Shown here: positions 48,753-58,302 of the stretch, one piece after another
Layout of the letters: each line of letters starts with the position of its first letter
Position numbering within the stretch: the first letter of the stretch is position 1
IMG/VR virus record: IMGVR_UViG_3300006201_000003
Location: 64,095 to 128,094 of that record
Strand: one strand, 5' to 3'
DNA: 64,000 nt
From: a virus
Taxonomy: Duplodnaviria; Heunggongvirae; Uroviricota; Caudoviricetes
Notes under the pieces: model-generated
What the model saw: only the letters and a program-made list of their open reading frames with translations
Databases searched by the model: none
What the model was told of the DNA's origin: nothing
Made by a program: the position numbers and the translations under genes

Positions 48753-49289
48753 TCATGCGACAGCAGAGTACAGACGGGCACGGGAATTAGAGGCTGGTGC
48801 ATACGACGCTTCGCCATTTGAAAAGACACTGGTACACACAAGTTCCTCAAATCCATAGCGTTGTGCCAACTTCGCCATCCAGCGGTTGATCTTCCGCACC
48901 TCGGCGGCGTACTTCCGATAGGCCACACTTCGGCAGCAATCAAAGTAGTAGTGGCACTCATCGTTGTCGTAGTCGTAGTCCTTTAAGTCATGCTCAGTAT
49001 CCACGATAAATTGAACACCGGAATAGTAGCCGTTCTTCATGGACAATTTGTGGAACAAAAGCTCACGGTTAAACTCATCCATCTCGGCGGTGATCTCATC
49101 CCAATCCATAGAACAGGCAAAGCCGTCGAACTAATAGCCGCTTTCCAGCTCGTCTGTCTCACAGAACTCGCAGACCTCGTTCTCTATGTCCTGAATCGCA
49201 CCGCACACAGGGCAGCGTTTGACCTCGGCCATATAGTTTTTAGCGAACAGAGGGAAGTCCCTCATTATCTCAAAATTCATAGCGCTCAT
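48753..49289 (-). CDS. Zn-ribbon ORF (49131..49289, 52 aa) in frame with the downstream 118-aa ORF (48753..49109) across a single TAG.
   Basis: RBS GGAGGT before the ATG at 49289; translation ...CPVCG...CEFC...ELESGY-TAG-FDGFACSMDWDEITAEMDEF.... The ATG at 49109 has no recognisable SD. Confidence 0.4.
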
Positions 49290-49407
49290 AGCTCGAACCT
49301 CCATCAAAAATTTGTTGTGAAACTCTCTACATTCTATTTACAGCCGAAAATCGGAATCTGCTAACCATAAAGAAAAGTTTTTCAGGAAAAAAGAATGGGG
49401 ATAGGGT

Positions 49408-49650
49408 TTAATCCCCATCCCCAAACTGCTCATCTTCAATTTCCTGGATCATGGAGAAAACCTCGTGGGCAGCGCTCTCCATCTCTTTGATCGACCTGGT
49501 GGCATAGGCACATTTTTCTTTCAGTGCATCCGCCTCAGCCGCCAGCAGCTCCTGGACAAATTCAAGTGCTTCACTCGTGTCATCGTCCATTATCAGGAGC
49601 GTATTATGTTTCTGTTTGATCTCATCAAACTTATCTTTTGTCATATACAT
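49408..49650 (-). CDS. Hypothetical small protein.
   Basis: 80-aa ORF. Confidence 0.45.
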   Translation of the reverse strand: MYMTKDKFDEIKQKHNTLLIMDDDTSEALEFVQELLAAEADALKEKCAYATRSIKEMESAAHEVFSMIQEIEDEQFGDGD

Positions 49651-49664
49651 TTCCGTTTCCTCCC

Positions 49665-49898
49665 TTAAAAATCAAGTCCAGTGATCTTCAAAAGTACGTT
49701 GTAGAGCACACGGTAGTAATCACAGTTGTACGGGTTTTGTGCCGTGGCCTTGAGCTGATACAAAGCATCAGATACGGCCTCGTGAAGTGCCTTAGTATCC
49801 TCCACATCGGAACCCAGATCGGACAACTCGATCAGCTTCGCTGCAATGTCATCGCAGTCGTAGTAAGCGGCCTCGTGATACTTCTTCAATTCTTCCAT
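49665..49898 (-). CDS. Hypothetical small protein.
   Basis: 77-aa ORF. Confidence 0.45.
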   Translation of the reverse strand: MEELKKYHEAAYYDCDDIAAKLIELSDLGSDVEDTKALHEAVSDALYQLKATAQNPYNCDYYRVLYNVLLKITGLDF

Positions 49899-50021
49899 AT
49901 TTCTCCTTGTCCTCCTTTTTTTTGTTGGCCGATGCCTATTATATTTACAAGCCGATTCGTATTCTTGCTAACCAGTCCAGAAAATAAAATAGGGGGGTGA
50001 GCTAATGCCCTCCCCAAAATT

Positions 50022-50294
50022 TCAGCTTGCCAGCTCTTTCAACTCATTCCCGTCAAACCTCCTGTTGTACGGCCTGTTTCCACCGACAATCACCATGCAG
50101 AATTGCCGATACTCAACGCCGTTGATCTCTTTCAACTCCTCCTCGGAAATCCGATACCAGAAATGCCCACGCTTCGGCGTTTCCTTGTAGTGCTTCAGCA
50201 TAGCCTCCTGTGCCTGCTCCACCGTGGAGAAATCCCCGATGTCCACAGTCTTGCCGGTTTTCGTCGATCTCGTCACATGAAATACCTTTTTCAT
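50022..50294 (-). CDS. Hypothetical small protein.
   Basis: 90-aa ORF. Confidence 0.45.
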   Translation of the reverse strand: MKKVFHVTRSTKTGKTVDIGDFSTVEQAQEAMLKHYKETPKRGHFWYRISEEELKEINGVEYRQFCMVIVGGNRPYNRRFDGNELKELAS

Positions 50295-50304
50295 AACGCA
50301 TCCC

Positions 50305-50477
50305 CCTTAATAAATCACAATGTCCTTGGTAAACAGCATCCACATCCCAAGAGGAGCCAGCAGAACCACAGCCGTGGCGTCCTGATCTTCTGGAGTTGTG
50401 CCAGTAGAACACAGCCACAGCACAAAAGCGCAGATAACCAGCAACGCCAGCCCCATCAATTTCTGCTCTATCCGCTT
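50305..50477 (-). CDS. Small membrane protein (~57 aa).
   Basis: Manual ORF (L)NKRIEQKLMGLALLVICAFVLWLCS...IVIY after GGAGGAAAATAAA; below the track cutoff. Confidence 0.35.
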
Positions 50478-50498
50478 ATTCAATTTATTTTCCTCCTA

Positions 50499-50711
50499 TC
50501 AATATTTGATCTCGATGCGCTTGTTTCCAGTGTCCAGCGCACGGTTCAGCTTATCAGCGATAGCTGTCAGCTGCTCCGATCTCAGAGCCGACAACGATGC
50601 CTCTATACCAGATGTGCGACGGGAATGTGTATTGTAATACTCAGCCGTCAGCTTGATTGCATCCAGCGTCCAGGCCACTTCATTTTTTGTGAACGATTGC
50701 ATCGTGTCCAC
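50499..50711 (-). CDS. Hypothetical small protein.
   Basis: 70-aa ORF preceded by the leader element. Confidence 0.45.
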   Translation of the reverse strand: MDTMQSFTKNEVAWTLDAIKLTAEYYNTHSRRTSGIEASLSALRSEQLTAIADKLNRALDTGNKRIEIKY

Positions 50712-50791
50712 CTCCTATTACCATTATACAATGATTTTATTCGCCGCTAACCACAAAATGAAAAGGCGGGGAGAAAACTCCCCGCCTCCAA

Positions 50792-51151
50792 TCAGTCTTT
50801 TAAGTCATCCCTATTGTTGCTACCATGCTCGATCTCAAAATTATCTCCAACACGATCACCACCAGGGAACCGATAAATCGGGATGCCTTTTGACTCCTCA
50901 TACTGGAACCGGCCAATGTACTCGCCGCACTTGATATACAGCGGATACTTCTGCTTTACCAGCTCATAGCACCGGGCCAGTTCCTCACCCAAAGGTTTCT
51001 CATACTCGATATAGCCCCATGCGTCACAGTTTGCATCATAGCACGGTGCCCGCTCATCAAAGTTGACAATCTCCAGAATACGATTGCCAACTGGCTTCGG
51101 AAAACTACCAGGAGTGACCGGACGTTGAGAAGAATAATAACGATAGCTCAT
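50792..51151 (-). CDS. Hypothetical protein.
   Basis: Start MSYRYY after the cassette promoter and AGGAGGTG. Confidence 0.5.
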   Translation of the reverse strand: MSYRYYSSQRPVTPGSFPKPVGNRILEIVNFDERAPCYDANCDAWGYIEYEKPLGEELARCYELVKQKYPLYIKCGEYIGRFQYEESKGIPIYRFPGGDRVGDNFEIEHGSNNRDDLKD

Positions 51152-51249
51152 AATCGCACCTCCTATTTTTATTACAGCCACGCGCCCACATTTGCTAACC
51201 ATTCTAAAAAATAAAAACGGGACGCTACTGAATGTGGCGTCCCGTTCAA

Positions 51250-51459
51250 TCAGAAATTCAAGTCCGTGTTGCCCATCCGCTTCTGGTGACAATACCAGTT
51301 CAGCATCATCACAAAGTCCCCAGGGGAGATAGTGTACTCGCTATCACAGCCTACATTCCCGTCACGGTCAGGAGCTTCCCAAGTTGTGACGCTCACCGGA
51401 CCATCCGGTTCAGACTGCTCCAACTTGATTGTCCGTCCATTGTTTACCTTAAACTCCAT
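51250..51459 (-). CDS. Hypothetical small protein.
   Basis: 69-aa ORF. Confidence 0.45.
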   Translation of the reverse strand: MEFKVNNGRTIKLEQSEPDGPVSVTTWEAPDRDGNVGCDSEYTISPGDFVMMLNWYCHQKRMGNTDLNF

Positions 51460-51471
51460 AGCATCCTCCCA

Positions 51472-51960
51472 TTAAGAAATAATATCTTCGTCCAGATAGA
51501 CAAACCCGATATGAATAGAATCCATGCAGGCGGTGTTGCCCTCGCCCAGCTTGTCCATCAACTTTTCCAGCGCCTGCCGCTTATCCTCAGCAGAGATCAG
51601 GAACCCACGGCTCCCGCCGTTTGTAAACTGAACCACAATGGAATATTGCGGGATGTAGGCGTCATCATCCTCCTGCAGCCGTTCCTCACGGGTCATGCCG
51701 TCTACGATATCCTTGCCGCAGGAAGGACAGGCACAGAACGAATCCCCGCCGATCTCCTCATCATCGTCATGCAGCACATCGTTGGAGAACCACTCACCGC
51801 AGGCTTCGCACTGGATAATCTTGTGCTGGTCAACGGAATAGTCGTGGCAGCTCTCGCACTCCACATATTTCTTGCCAGGGATGCCAGAATTTATGGTATA
51901 AGCCAGATCACCGTTCTCATCGTCCCAAATAGGTTTTCCGCAAGTTTTGCAAATTTTCAT
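51472..51960 (-). CDS. Zinc-finger protein with multiple CxxC.
   Basis: 162 aa; CKTCG, CESC, CEAC, CACPSCG. Confidence 0.55.
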   Translation of the reverse strand: MKICKTCGKPIWDDENGDLAYTINSGIPGKKYVECESCHDYSVDQHKIIQCEACGEWFSNDVLHDDDEEIGGDSFCACPSCGKDIVDGMTREERLQEDDDAYIPQYSIVVQFTNGGSRGFLISAEDKRQALEKLMDKLGEGNTACMDSIHIGFVYLDEDIIS

Positions 51961-52017
51961 TTTGAAACACCTCCTATTTATATTACAGTGGCATAGCCAT
52001 ATTTGCTAACCAGTATC

Positions 52018-52302
52018 TTAAATTTCAATCCACCAGTCAGGAGCAATATACAAGGCACCATCAAGCTCAACCATGCCATAGCTATCCAGCTCATCCCACG
52101 GCCACATGATACGAATTTGTATCCAGACCTTATTTCCACATCCATCAATTATCATTACATCAAAGGTGTTCTTTGTGAATCCCCAGTTGGAAATTTCAAC
52201 CTGGACTACTTCATGCGTTACCGTTCCGTCTGTTAGGAAAACAGATTTTCCAGCGTTCAGAGCTTCCGTCACAGCGGTACAAATTTGCTTTGCGTTTTTC
52301 AT
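52018..52302 (-). CDS. Hypothetical protein.
   Basis: Start MKNAKQ after AGGAGGTG. Confidence 0.5.
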   Translation of the reverse strand: MKNAKQICTAVTEALNAGKSVFLTDGTVTHEVVQVEISNWGFTKNTFDVMIIDGCGNKVWIQIRIMWPWDELDSYGMVELDGALYIAPDWWIEI

Positions 52303-52377
52303 GTTGGCACCTCCTATTGTATTTACAAAAGGAAAAGAAAAAAGGCGGGCCAGTGTTTCCACCAGTCCGCCAAATCT

Positions 52378-52698
52378 CTATACTTCCAACCCACGACTGA
52401 ATTTTTCCTGGTCAACCACGCAGCAGATTGCGCTCATAGCGTCCATATACTCCATAGACTTATCAAATGCCTCTTTATCGTGGTCGCGCTGGTATTTCTC
52501 ACGCATCGTATCACTCCACCGCCCATAGAGCATAACCACAACGTCGCGGATGTTTTGAAGCTCAATATTATTTCTGGTCTTGACTTCCAGAACAGTGTTA
52601 ATTGTTTCCATCTCAGACGCATTAACGATGCCTCGCTCTGCCGGCGTATATTTGTCCCGCAGTTCCATGATAGCATGATAGTCAGTTTTTGTTGTCAT
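52378..52698 (-). CDS. Hypothetical protein.
   Basis: Start MTTKTDYH after GGAGGTG. Confidence 0.5.
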   Translation of the reverse strand: MTTKTDYHAIMELRDKYTPAERGIVNASEMETINTVLEVKTRNNIELQNIRDVVVMLYGRWSDTMREKYQRDHDKEAFDKSMEYMDAMSAICCVVDQEKFSRGLEV

Positions 52699-52731
52699 AT
52701 TGAACACCTCCATTGATATTACAGTCGAAAA

Positions 52732-53247
52732 TTAACTATTGCTAACCTTTTCCAAAATAAATTTATGACTATGGCATTTACAGCAGTAAAACCGTGTTGA
52801 ATCAGGGTTTACTTCCAACTCCTTTACAATGCCAGCTTTCCGCTGATACCGGCTTACGCTACCACAGCCCCGACAGATCACTTTATACTTGTAAACACTA
52901 TCCACCTCGTCAAAGTTCTCACAACGCTTTGCGTTGCATCCGAACCGCAACGCCGCCCGTTTCCACACAGCGTCGTGGCCGTGGTGATGATTATATGTCA
53001 ATGTCACATAGGCATGGGCATACTCGTGACGCACGACGTTCAAGATATGTTCCATCGTGCCACGCGCTAAAAGGCGTTTCGCAAAAACCAGTTCCTTTAT
53101 CTGATACTTTCTCCGCTCGTAGCAGTAACGGCATGATCCCCAGCCTTTCGTCATCCTGGAAGAGATACGCACTGGAATGTTTCTGGTGTCCAGACCAGAG
53201 ATTTTATCCAGCCGACGCATTTCATCATATATAATGTTCATGTCCAT
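52732..53247 (-). CDS. SprT-like zinc metallopeptidase.
   Basis: GWGSCRYC...RHEYAHAYV (HExxH) fits the SprT/Wss1-like fold; start MDMNII at 53247. Confidence 0.6.
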   Translation of the reverse strand: MDMNIIYDEMRRLDKISGLDTRNIPVRISSRMTKGWGSCRYCYERRKYQIKELVFAKRLLARGTMEHILNVVRHEYAHAYVTLTYNHHHGHDAVWKRAALRFGCNAKRCENFDEVDSVYKYKVICRGCGSVSRYQRKAGIVKELEVNPDSTRFYCCKCHSHKFILEKVSNS

Positions 53248-53342
53248 ATCGACACCTCCCATTATTATTACATGGGGCATTGAATATTTGCTAACCGGCA
53301 AAATAAAAAAATGGGGAGAGGTTTAATCCTCTCCCCGCCAGC

Positions 53343-53642
53343 TCATGCGGTGATCTGCGCCCGCTCCGCACCGGCCTTGGCTTTCCGCTTCTGCTCCTGT
53401 GCCTCCTTGCGGGACTTCGCAGCCCTCGCCGCCCACCGGCTCGCCCGCTTGGGGTCGCGGTGGAGCGCCCTGGCCTTGGCCGTCTGCTCCTCGCCCCAGC
53501 TCGGTACACCAGCGGCGCGGTGGCGGCGGTACTCCGCCTTGGTGATCTCCACAGAGTTGTCCAGCACGGTGGCACCGGTCTTGTCCACGTGCGCAACGTA
53601 CTTCTTACCGTTCCGCTCACCGATCATGTAAATCTTGCTCAT
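53343..53642 (-). CDS. Basic Ala/Arg/Lys-rich small protein encoded in a GC-rich island.
   Basis: 99-aa ORF with its own promoter motif and RBS; the local GC is far above the window average, so all three frames are open. Confidence 0.45.
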   Translation of the reverse strand: MSKIYMIGERNGKKYVAHVDKTGATVLDNSVEITKAEYRRHRAAGVPSWGEEQTAKARALHRDPKRASRWAARAAKSRKEAQEQKRKAKAGAERAQITA

Positions 53643-53736
53643 CTTGTAGCCCTCCGTTTATGATTTTTTATTTGGGATGCCTCCCATTATAAATAACAAT
53701 AGGGGAGACGGTCTTGCTAACCATCTCCCCTAATTT

Positions 53737-54168
53737 TTATTTTTCCTCACACCAGGCCATCTTACGGCAAGTGCTCTTATAGTGCTGCCTCATCCACACA
53801 TCTCCAATCTGAAGAAATTTTGCCAGCCGTTCTTTATCGCCCCGATTCATCCAACACGTATAATTTTTATTGTCCCAGCGACCGTTGTGGCGCTCCTTGC
53901 GCTGCATAGACTTCACAGCGGCGATCAACAGCGTCTGGTCAATGTCCAGCATGGCGCAGATGTCCGACAGAATCCAGGCGCTCCGGTTATAGCGCTCAGA
54001 CAGCTCGCCCAGCCGATATGCCTCCGAACCGCCCAGCGACGGAATCCACAGCATCGTATCAGGCATATAGCCCTTTGCCTTGCGGATTTCCAGATTGTAC
54101 CTTCTAACCTCTTCCTCCGCTTCCAGCAAATCACAAACGATGCCAACCAGCTTTTCAATATCGTACAT
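53737..54168 (-). CDS. Hypothetical protein.
   Basis: 143-aa ORF. Confidence 0.5.
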   Translation of the reverse strand: MYDIEKLVGIVCDLLEAEEEVRRYNLEIRKAKGYMPDTMLWIPSLGGSEAYRLGELSERYNRSAWILSDICAMLDIDQTLLIAAVKSMQRKERHNGRWDNKNYTCWMNRGDKERLAKFLQIGDVWMRQHYKSTCRKMAWCEEK

Positions 54169-54289
54169 AACAGTACCTCCGTCAAAAATTTGTGGCCTCT
54201 ATTCTTATTACAGCGCTTCCTATGTATTTGCTAACCACTCAGAAAAAATAAAATTGGAGAGGGTTGGTTTACGACTCTCTCCATAAAAC

Positions 54290-54697
54290 TCAATTCCACT
54301 CAGGAAAACGAAACGGCGTCCCGCTCCCAGGCTTGTCAATGTCAATAGAGAATTTGACCACCCTTGTTTCCTTGAACTGCTTTAGCAGACCGTTCCGTAG
54401 GGCGGCAAACTCCGCATAGTCCTCGACGGTAAAAGCACCATTGTCGATCATCTCCTGCTGAGACACCACCCAGCCGCTTCCAGATAAAAGGCTATCCATT
54501 TTTAGATTGTCTGAAATATAAACCAGAGAATCGTCCGAATTGTCATAATGGCCCGCGTTATCATAGTTTTCCCGCTTGCCCAGATATACACGCTCCACAC
54601 CTTGTCCCCAGGGCTTGTCTCGATCAAACTGGCACAGCGAAACATATCCTTCATAATTGCTCATAATCGCCGCCTGAAATTCCACAATCTTCTTCAT
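54290..54697 (-). CDS. Hypothetical protein.
   Basis: 135-aa ORF. Confidence 0.5.
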   Translation of the reverse strand: MKKIVEFQAAIMSNYEGYVSLCQFDRDKPWGQGVERVYLGKRENYDNAGHYDNSDDSLVYISDNLKMDSLLSGSGWVVSQQEMIDNGAFTVEDYAEFAALRNGLLKQFKETRVVKFSIDIDKPGSGTPFRFPEWN

Positions 54698-54839
54698 GCC
54701 AAACCTCCTTATATGTGATGGGTTGAATTTTCAATAATTCTTCAATCGTCCCGCACCTCAGAATCTCTTGATTTTTCGCCTCGATCTCTTTGGCCTCTGC
54801 CTCAGTGATTTCTCGGCATCCGACAAAATATTGTCTCAA
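54651..54839 (-). CDS. Hypothetical small protein (TTG start).
   Basis: 62-aa ORF after TAGGAGG. Confidence 0.4.
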   Translation of the reverse strand: MRQYFVGCREITEAEAKEIEAKNQEILRCGTIEELLKIQPITYKEVWHEEDCGISGGDYEQL

Positions 54840-54925
54840 TATCTCGCCTCCTATTATTACAGACGATTATCTGCATTTGCTAACCACAAAATAAGTTTTG
54901 GCCGGGATTTCTCCCGGCCTCCACT

Positions 54926-55681
54926 TTACAGATTAGCCTCCCGCAGATACTCCCGCCGTGCGGCCCAGTATGCTTTCCTTTGCGCTTCCGTAAAATGCAG
55001 CTCATCAAAATACTGCTCTACCTCGTTGTCATCGTCGCCGTGATACTGGATATTTCCAAACGCACCCAGGGTATCATAGTCCGCCTGCCAGTTGATTGCG
55101 TACTCATGGTTTGCCATCTCGTACTTAAAGGCGGATTTCCAATAGTCAAAATTGTCGTCTACAGCGTTCCGTGCCGCTTCCAACAACTCGAAAAGCGCAT
55201 TGTGTTCCTGCACAAACTCGGCATTGGTATAGTATGCAAAACAGATAGGGTTGAAAATCATCTTGTCAATCTTTTCATTCCGTTCCGCCTGCTCCTGTTC
55301 CGTACCTCCGCAAAACATGGAGATGTGATCCTCCTGCATTCCGTAGTAATTCCGTAGATAATACTCTCGGCGGTGGTAGTCGGTATAGTCCGACAGGGGA
55401 GCGGCGATCTCCTCCGGCGTAAAGAGGATGTTCCGCATTTTCTGCAAATACACATCCCGCAGCTGCTCCTGCGTCGCTCTTCTCCACTGATGATGCAGCT
55501 CGTAATCGTTCGCATGGTAGATGTGATGCCCGTTTTTGAACACCAGACAACTATATCCGAAGTAGCCGCCGAAGTCTACCAGGTAAATCGTATGTCCTTT
55601 TACGTCCAGCGTTTCCAGCGCAATAGCAGCGGCCTCCGCCTCCGTCATGGCCTGGATGTCGTCGATCATGTATTCTTTCAT
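54926..55681 (-). CDS. Hypothetical protein.
   Basis: Start MKEYMIDD after AGGAGGTG. Confidence 0.5.
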   Translation of the reverse strand: MKEYMIDDIQAMTEAEAAAIALETLDVKGHTIYLVDFGGYFGYSCLVFKNGHHIYHANDYELHHQWRRATQEQLRDVYLQKMRNILFTPEEIAAPLSDYTDYHRREYYLRNYYGMQEDHISMFCGGTEQEQAERNEKIDKMIFNPICFAYYTNAEFVQEHNALFELLEAARNAVDDNFDYWKSAFKYEMANHEYAINWQADYDTLGAFGNIQYHGDDDNEVEQYFDELHFTEAQRKAYWAARREYLREANL

Positions 55682-56003
55682 TTTGTAGCACCTCCTATTG
55701 TTATAACAGTCAGAAAACACACTTTGCTAACCAAAACAAAAAAAGCGGGCCAGTTCCGACCCGCTTGTGTTTAATCATCCAGTTGCTCAATTTTGATTTT
55801 GTAATCAGTTCCATTCTTGCGCATATAGCACGTATCATTATCACCATCCAGAATTTTGAATCCATGTCTCATCAGCTCTTGTTCAATAATGCTGAAAATT
55901 TCATTCATATATAGCACCTCCTATTGGAAATACAGAATAAAGCGTATATTTGCTAACCACTACAAAAAAGATGCTGGAGATTTCTCCCCAGCATCCACCG
56001 CGT

Positions 56004-56315
56004 TTATCTGATCTGTTCATCCAGAATAGCATCATAATAATCATACTCGTCACCGAAAACATCTCCATGCGTCCGAAATTCCTCCAGAACCGTGAAAATG
56101 TCGTTAATCACATCCTCAATGTCTACATTTTTTATAAACTCACCAGGCGTTTCATCTTCAGCCGTCTGGCCTCCAAAATAGAACCAGTATTCACCGATAG
56201 CGCACACTGTTCCCGTTTCAATGCCAGCCTCGACGTTCCCAGGCTCCGTAACAAACCGGATAATCCCCTGGGAGATACCCTTGCGAATTTTTTCCTTTGT
56301 TATCATCATCAGCAC
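56004..56315 (-). CDS. Hypothetical protein.
   Basis: 103-aa ORF. Confidence 0.5.
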   Translation of the reverse strand: MLMMITKEKIRKGISQGIIRFVTEPGNVEAGIETGTVCAIGEYWFYFGGQTAEDETPGEFIKNVDIEDVINDIFTVLEEFRTHGDVFGDEYDYYDAILDEQIR

Positions 56316-56398
56316 CTCCTATTCTTATTACACGGCAAGAAACAAATCTGCTAACCATAAAATAAAAAAGCCAGGGATTCTCGTCCCTGGCTTCCTTC

Positions 56399-56593
56399 TC
56401 AACTATTCTTAATAATGTTATTCAACTCATCCATCAGCTTGTGGGCACAGCACTCACACAAGGTAATCTCTCCATCATGCGAATCACACGCCCAGAAAAC
56501 TTTCAGCGCTCCATCGTGGGATACCTCCACAGCAGCCTCAGCATCACAAACCACACAGTAGTAACTGCCCTTCGGAACACGCACAACTTTCAT
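56399..56593 (-). CDS. Small Cys-rich protein.
   Basis: Start MKVVRV; CVVC...C...CECC. Confidence 0.45.
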   Translation of the reverse strand: MKVVRVPKGSYYCVVCDAEAAVEVSHDGALKVFWACDSHDGEITLCECCAHKLMDELNNIIKNS

Positions 56594-56714
56594 TATGTAT
56601 ACCTCCAAAAAAAATAAAGTGTTATTTTGCAGCCTCTATTCTTATTACAACTCCAAAATAGACTTTGCTAACCACAAAAAAAAGAAAGCGGCGGGAATAC
56701 TCCCGCCGCAAGTG

Positions 56715-57047
56715 TTAAACCGCCAGACTGATCTTGATTGCATTATCCACACGTTCCTGCGTCCGTTCGTCGATCTGTCCCAGATAATTTCCAAGTCTCC
56801 GCTTATCAATCGTCCGTATCTGTTCCAGCTCTGCAAAAGACGACCGTTGCAAGCAATCCAACATAACGTGCGTTGGGAACCTCGCCTTGTGCATCCGACT
56901 ACTAATCGGGGCGATGATAACAGTAGGCGCATGGTAATTCCCTTTGTCATTCTGAATCACCAGCACCGGCCTAAACCCGCCTTGCTCGCATCCATCCGTT
57001 GCAACGGAAAGATCGGCCATGTAGATGTCTCCACGTTTGATTGTCAT
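56715..57047 (-). CDS. MazF/PemK-family endoribonuclease toxin-like protein.
   Basis: MTIKRGDIYMADLSVATDGCEQGGFRPVLVIQNDKGNYHAPTVIIAPISS matches the PemK/MazF pattern. Confidence 0.7.
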   Translation of the reverse strand: MTIKRGDIYMADLSVATDGCEQGGFRPVLVIQNDKGNYHAPTVIIAPISSRMHKARFPTHVMLDCLQRSSFAELEQIRTIDKRRLGNYLGQIDERTQERVDNAIKISLAV

Positions 57048-57061
57048 TATGTAGCCTCCTC

Positions 57062-57298
57062 TCAGATCACATTGAATTGAACTCGCGGGCACTCAATCCT
57101 ATTGCACCAGCTATCCGCGTGCGCCTCGTCCGCTGCCTGCATCTTCGGGATATACGCTCCATCGTCCACCTCGAAAATAGCAATCCAGCCGTCATTCATG
57201 GTAGCAAAAGCGTAGTCGATCCCGTTGAAGTGCTTCCGCACCACATTCCCCGTTCCGTTCTCCGAAACCCACTTATCAAATCCGTTCCTATCCAGCAT
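57062..57298 (-). CDS. Hypothetical small protein.
   Basis: 78-aa ORF immediately upstream of the MazF-like gene; not MazE-like by eye. Confidence 0.4.
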   Translation of the reverse strand: MLDRNGFDKWVSENGTGNVVRKHFNGIDYAFATMNDGWIAIFEVDDGAYIPKMQAADEAHADSWCNRIECPRVQFNVI

Positions 57299-57452
57299 TA
57301 TGTAGCCCTCCTTATTTTTTTCGGGATGTCTCCCGTTCTATTGATATAACAGTAAAAAATCAGCCCCTGCTAACCATTCCAAAAAACTTTTTTGCCGTTC
57401 GTAAAACAAAAAACGGCGGAAAGAACACCCTTCCGCCGTTTCATGTTATCCG

Positions 57453-57806
57453 TTACACTTCCCTATAAACGCAGCCCGTCCAAACCTGTTCCGTTGTTCC
57501 AGGGCATCCGTCAACCGCCCGTCCAAGCCGCTTGCAATGCCAGCAAATTCCATTGAGCTTTTCCAGCCCGCCCAGCCAATCCACAGACCGAATATAGTCA
57601 CAGATGTCCGGATTATAGTCCTGCTCCAGAATGTACTTGCAAAGCGCCTCCTGAACGTCCGCATTTTTTCTTCCGTTCATCGCCCGCATGATCTCGCCGC
57701 CTATGTAGTATCCGAAAACTGACGCCTCTTTCATGCAGTAGTTGTAGAAGTCTTTTGCGTTGTACGGCTCGCCGTCTTTACGGTCAAGAATCCTATCCAC
57801 AATCAT
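57453..57806 (-). CDS. Hypothetical protein.
   Basis: Start MIVDRIL after GGAGGT. Confidence 0.5.
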   Translation of the reverse strand: MIVDRILDRKDGEPYNAKDFYNYCMKEASVFGYYIGGEIMRAMNGRKNADVQEALCKYILEQDYNPDICDYIRSVDWLGGLEKLNGICWHCKRLGRAVDGCPGTTEQVWTGCVYREV

Positions 57807-57892
57807 TTTGAATACCTCCATTGATTTTCGTTATGGCCTCTGTTATAATTACAGCCAAGAAGATACACTTGCTAACCAAAGGAGAAGAGAAA

Positions 57893-58267
57893 ATGAAAAG
57901 ATTATTTTATGCTTTATTATCCGTCTTGCTCCTGTTTGGCCTGGTGGGATGCTCCAGCGATGAATCCCTGAATGAGAAAGAGAAATTTGTATGTGATGCA
58001 ATTTCCGACAATCTCCAAAATGTCACCAGCATAGAAGTCCAAAGCGGCACGGTATCCGATGATAGAGCCTATTTGACGATCTCATATATTGATGAGTCCG
58101 GCGAAACGATAACCGGCCAGTATAAAGTGACAGCCTCCGCCGTTACGGATATATCAACCATAGACGAAAAGCCAACAACACTTGCCCGCCATCTTGAAAT
58201 GTCCACCATGACCAGCGACGATCTTGACTATTCCAAAATTTCCGCATATCTGAACAGCGAAAAATGA
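57893..58267 (+). CDS. Lipoprotein on the opposite strand.
   Basis: RBS AAGGAGAAGAG; signal peptide with lipobox LVGCSS; a plus-strand TTGATT-16-TATAAT promoter at 57820-57848; a bidirectional terminator at 58268-58300. Confidence 0.65.
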   Translation: MKRLFYALLSVLLLFGLVGCSSDESLNEKEKFVCDAISDNLQNVTSIEVQSGTVSDDRAYLTISYIDESGETITGQYKVTASAVTDISTIDEKPTTLARHLEMSTMTSDDLDYSKISAYLNSEK

Positions 58268-58302
58268 AAAAGCGGCGGGAGTATTCCCGCCGCCGTTCCA
58301 TA

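Noticed and set aside
53291-53631. Overlapping 106-109-aa ORFs on both strands in the GC-rich island.
   Set aside because: High GC keeps all frames open. Only the frame with the cassette promoter, RBS and ATG at 53642 is supported.
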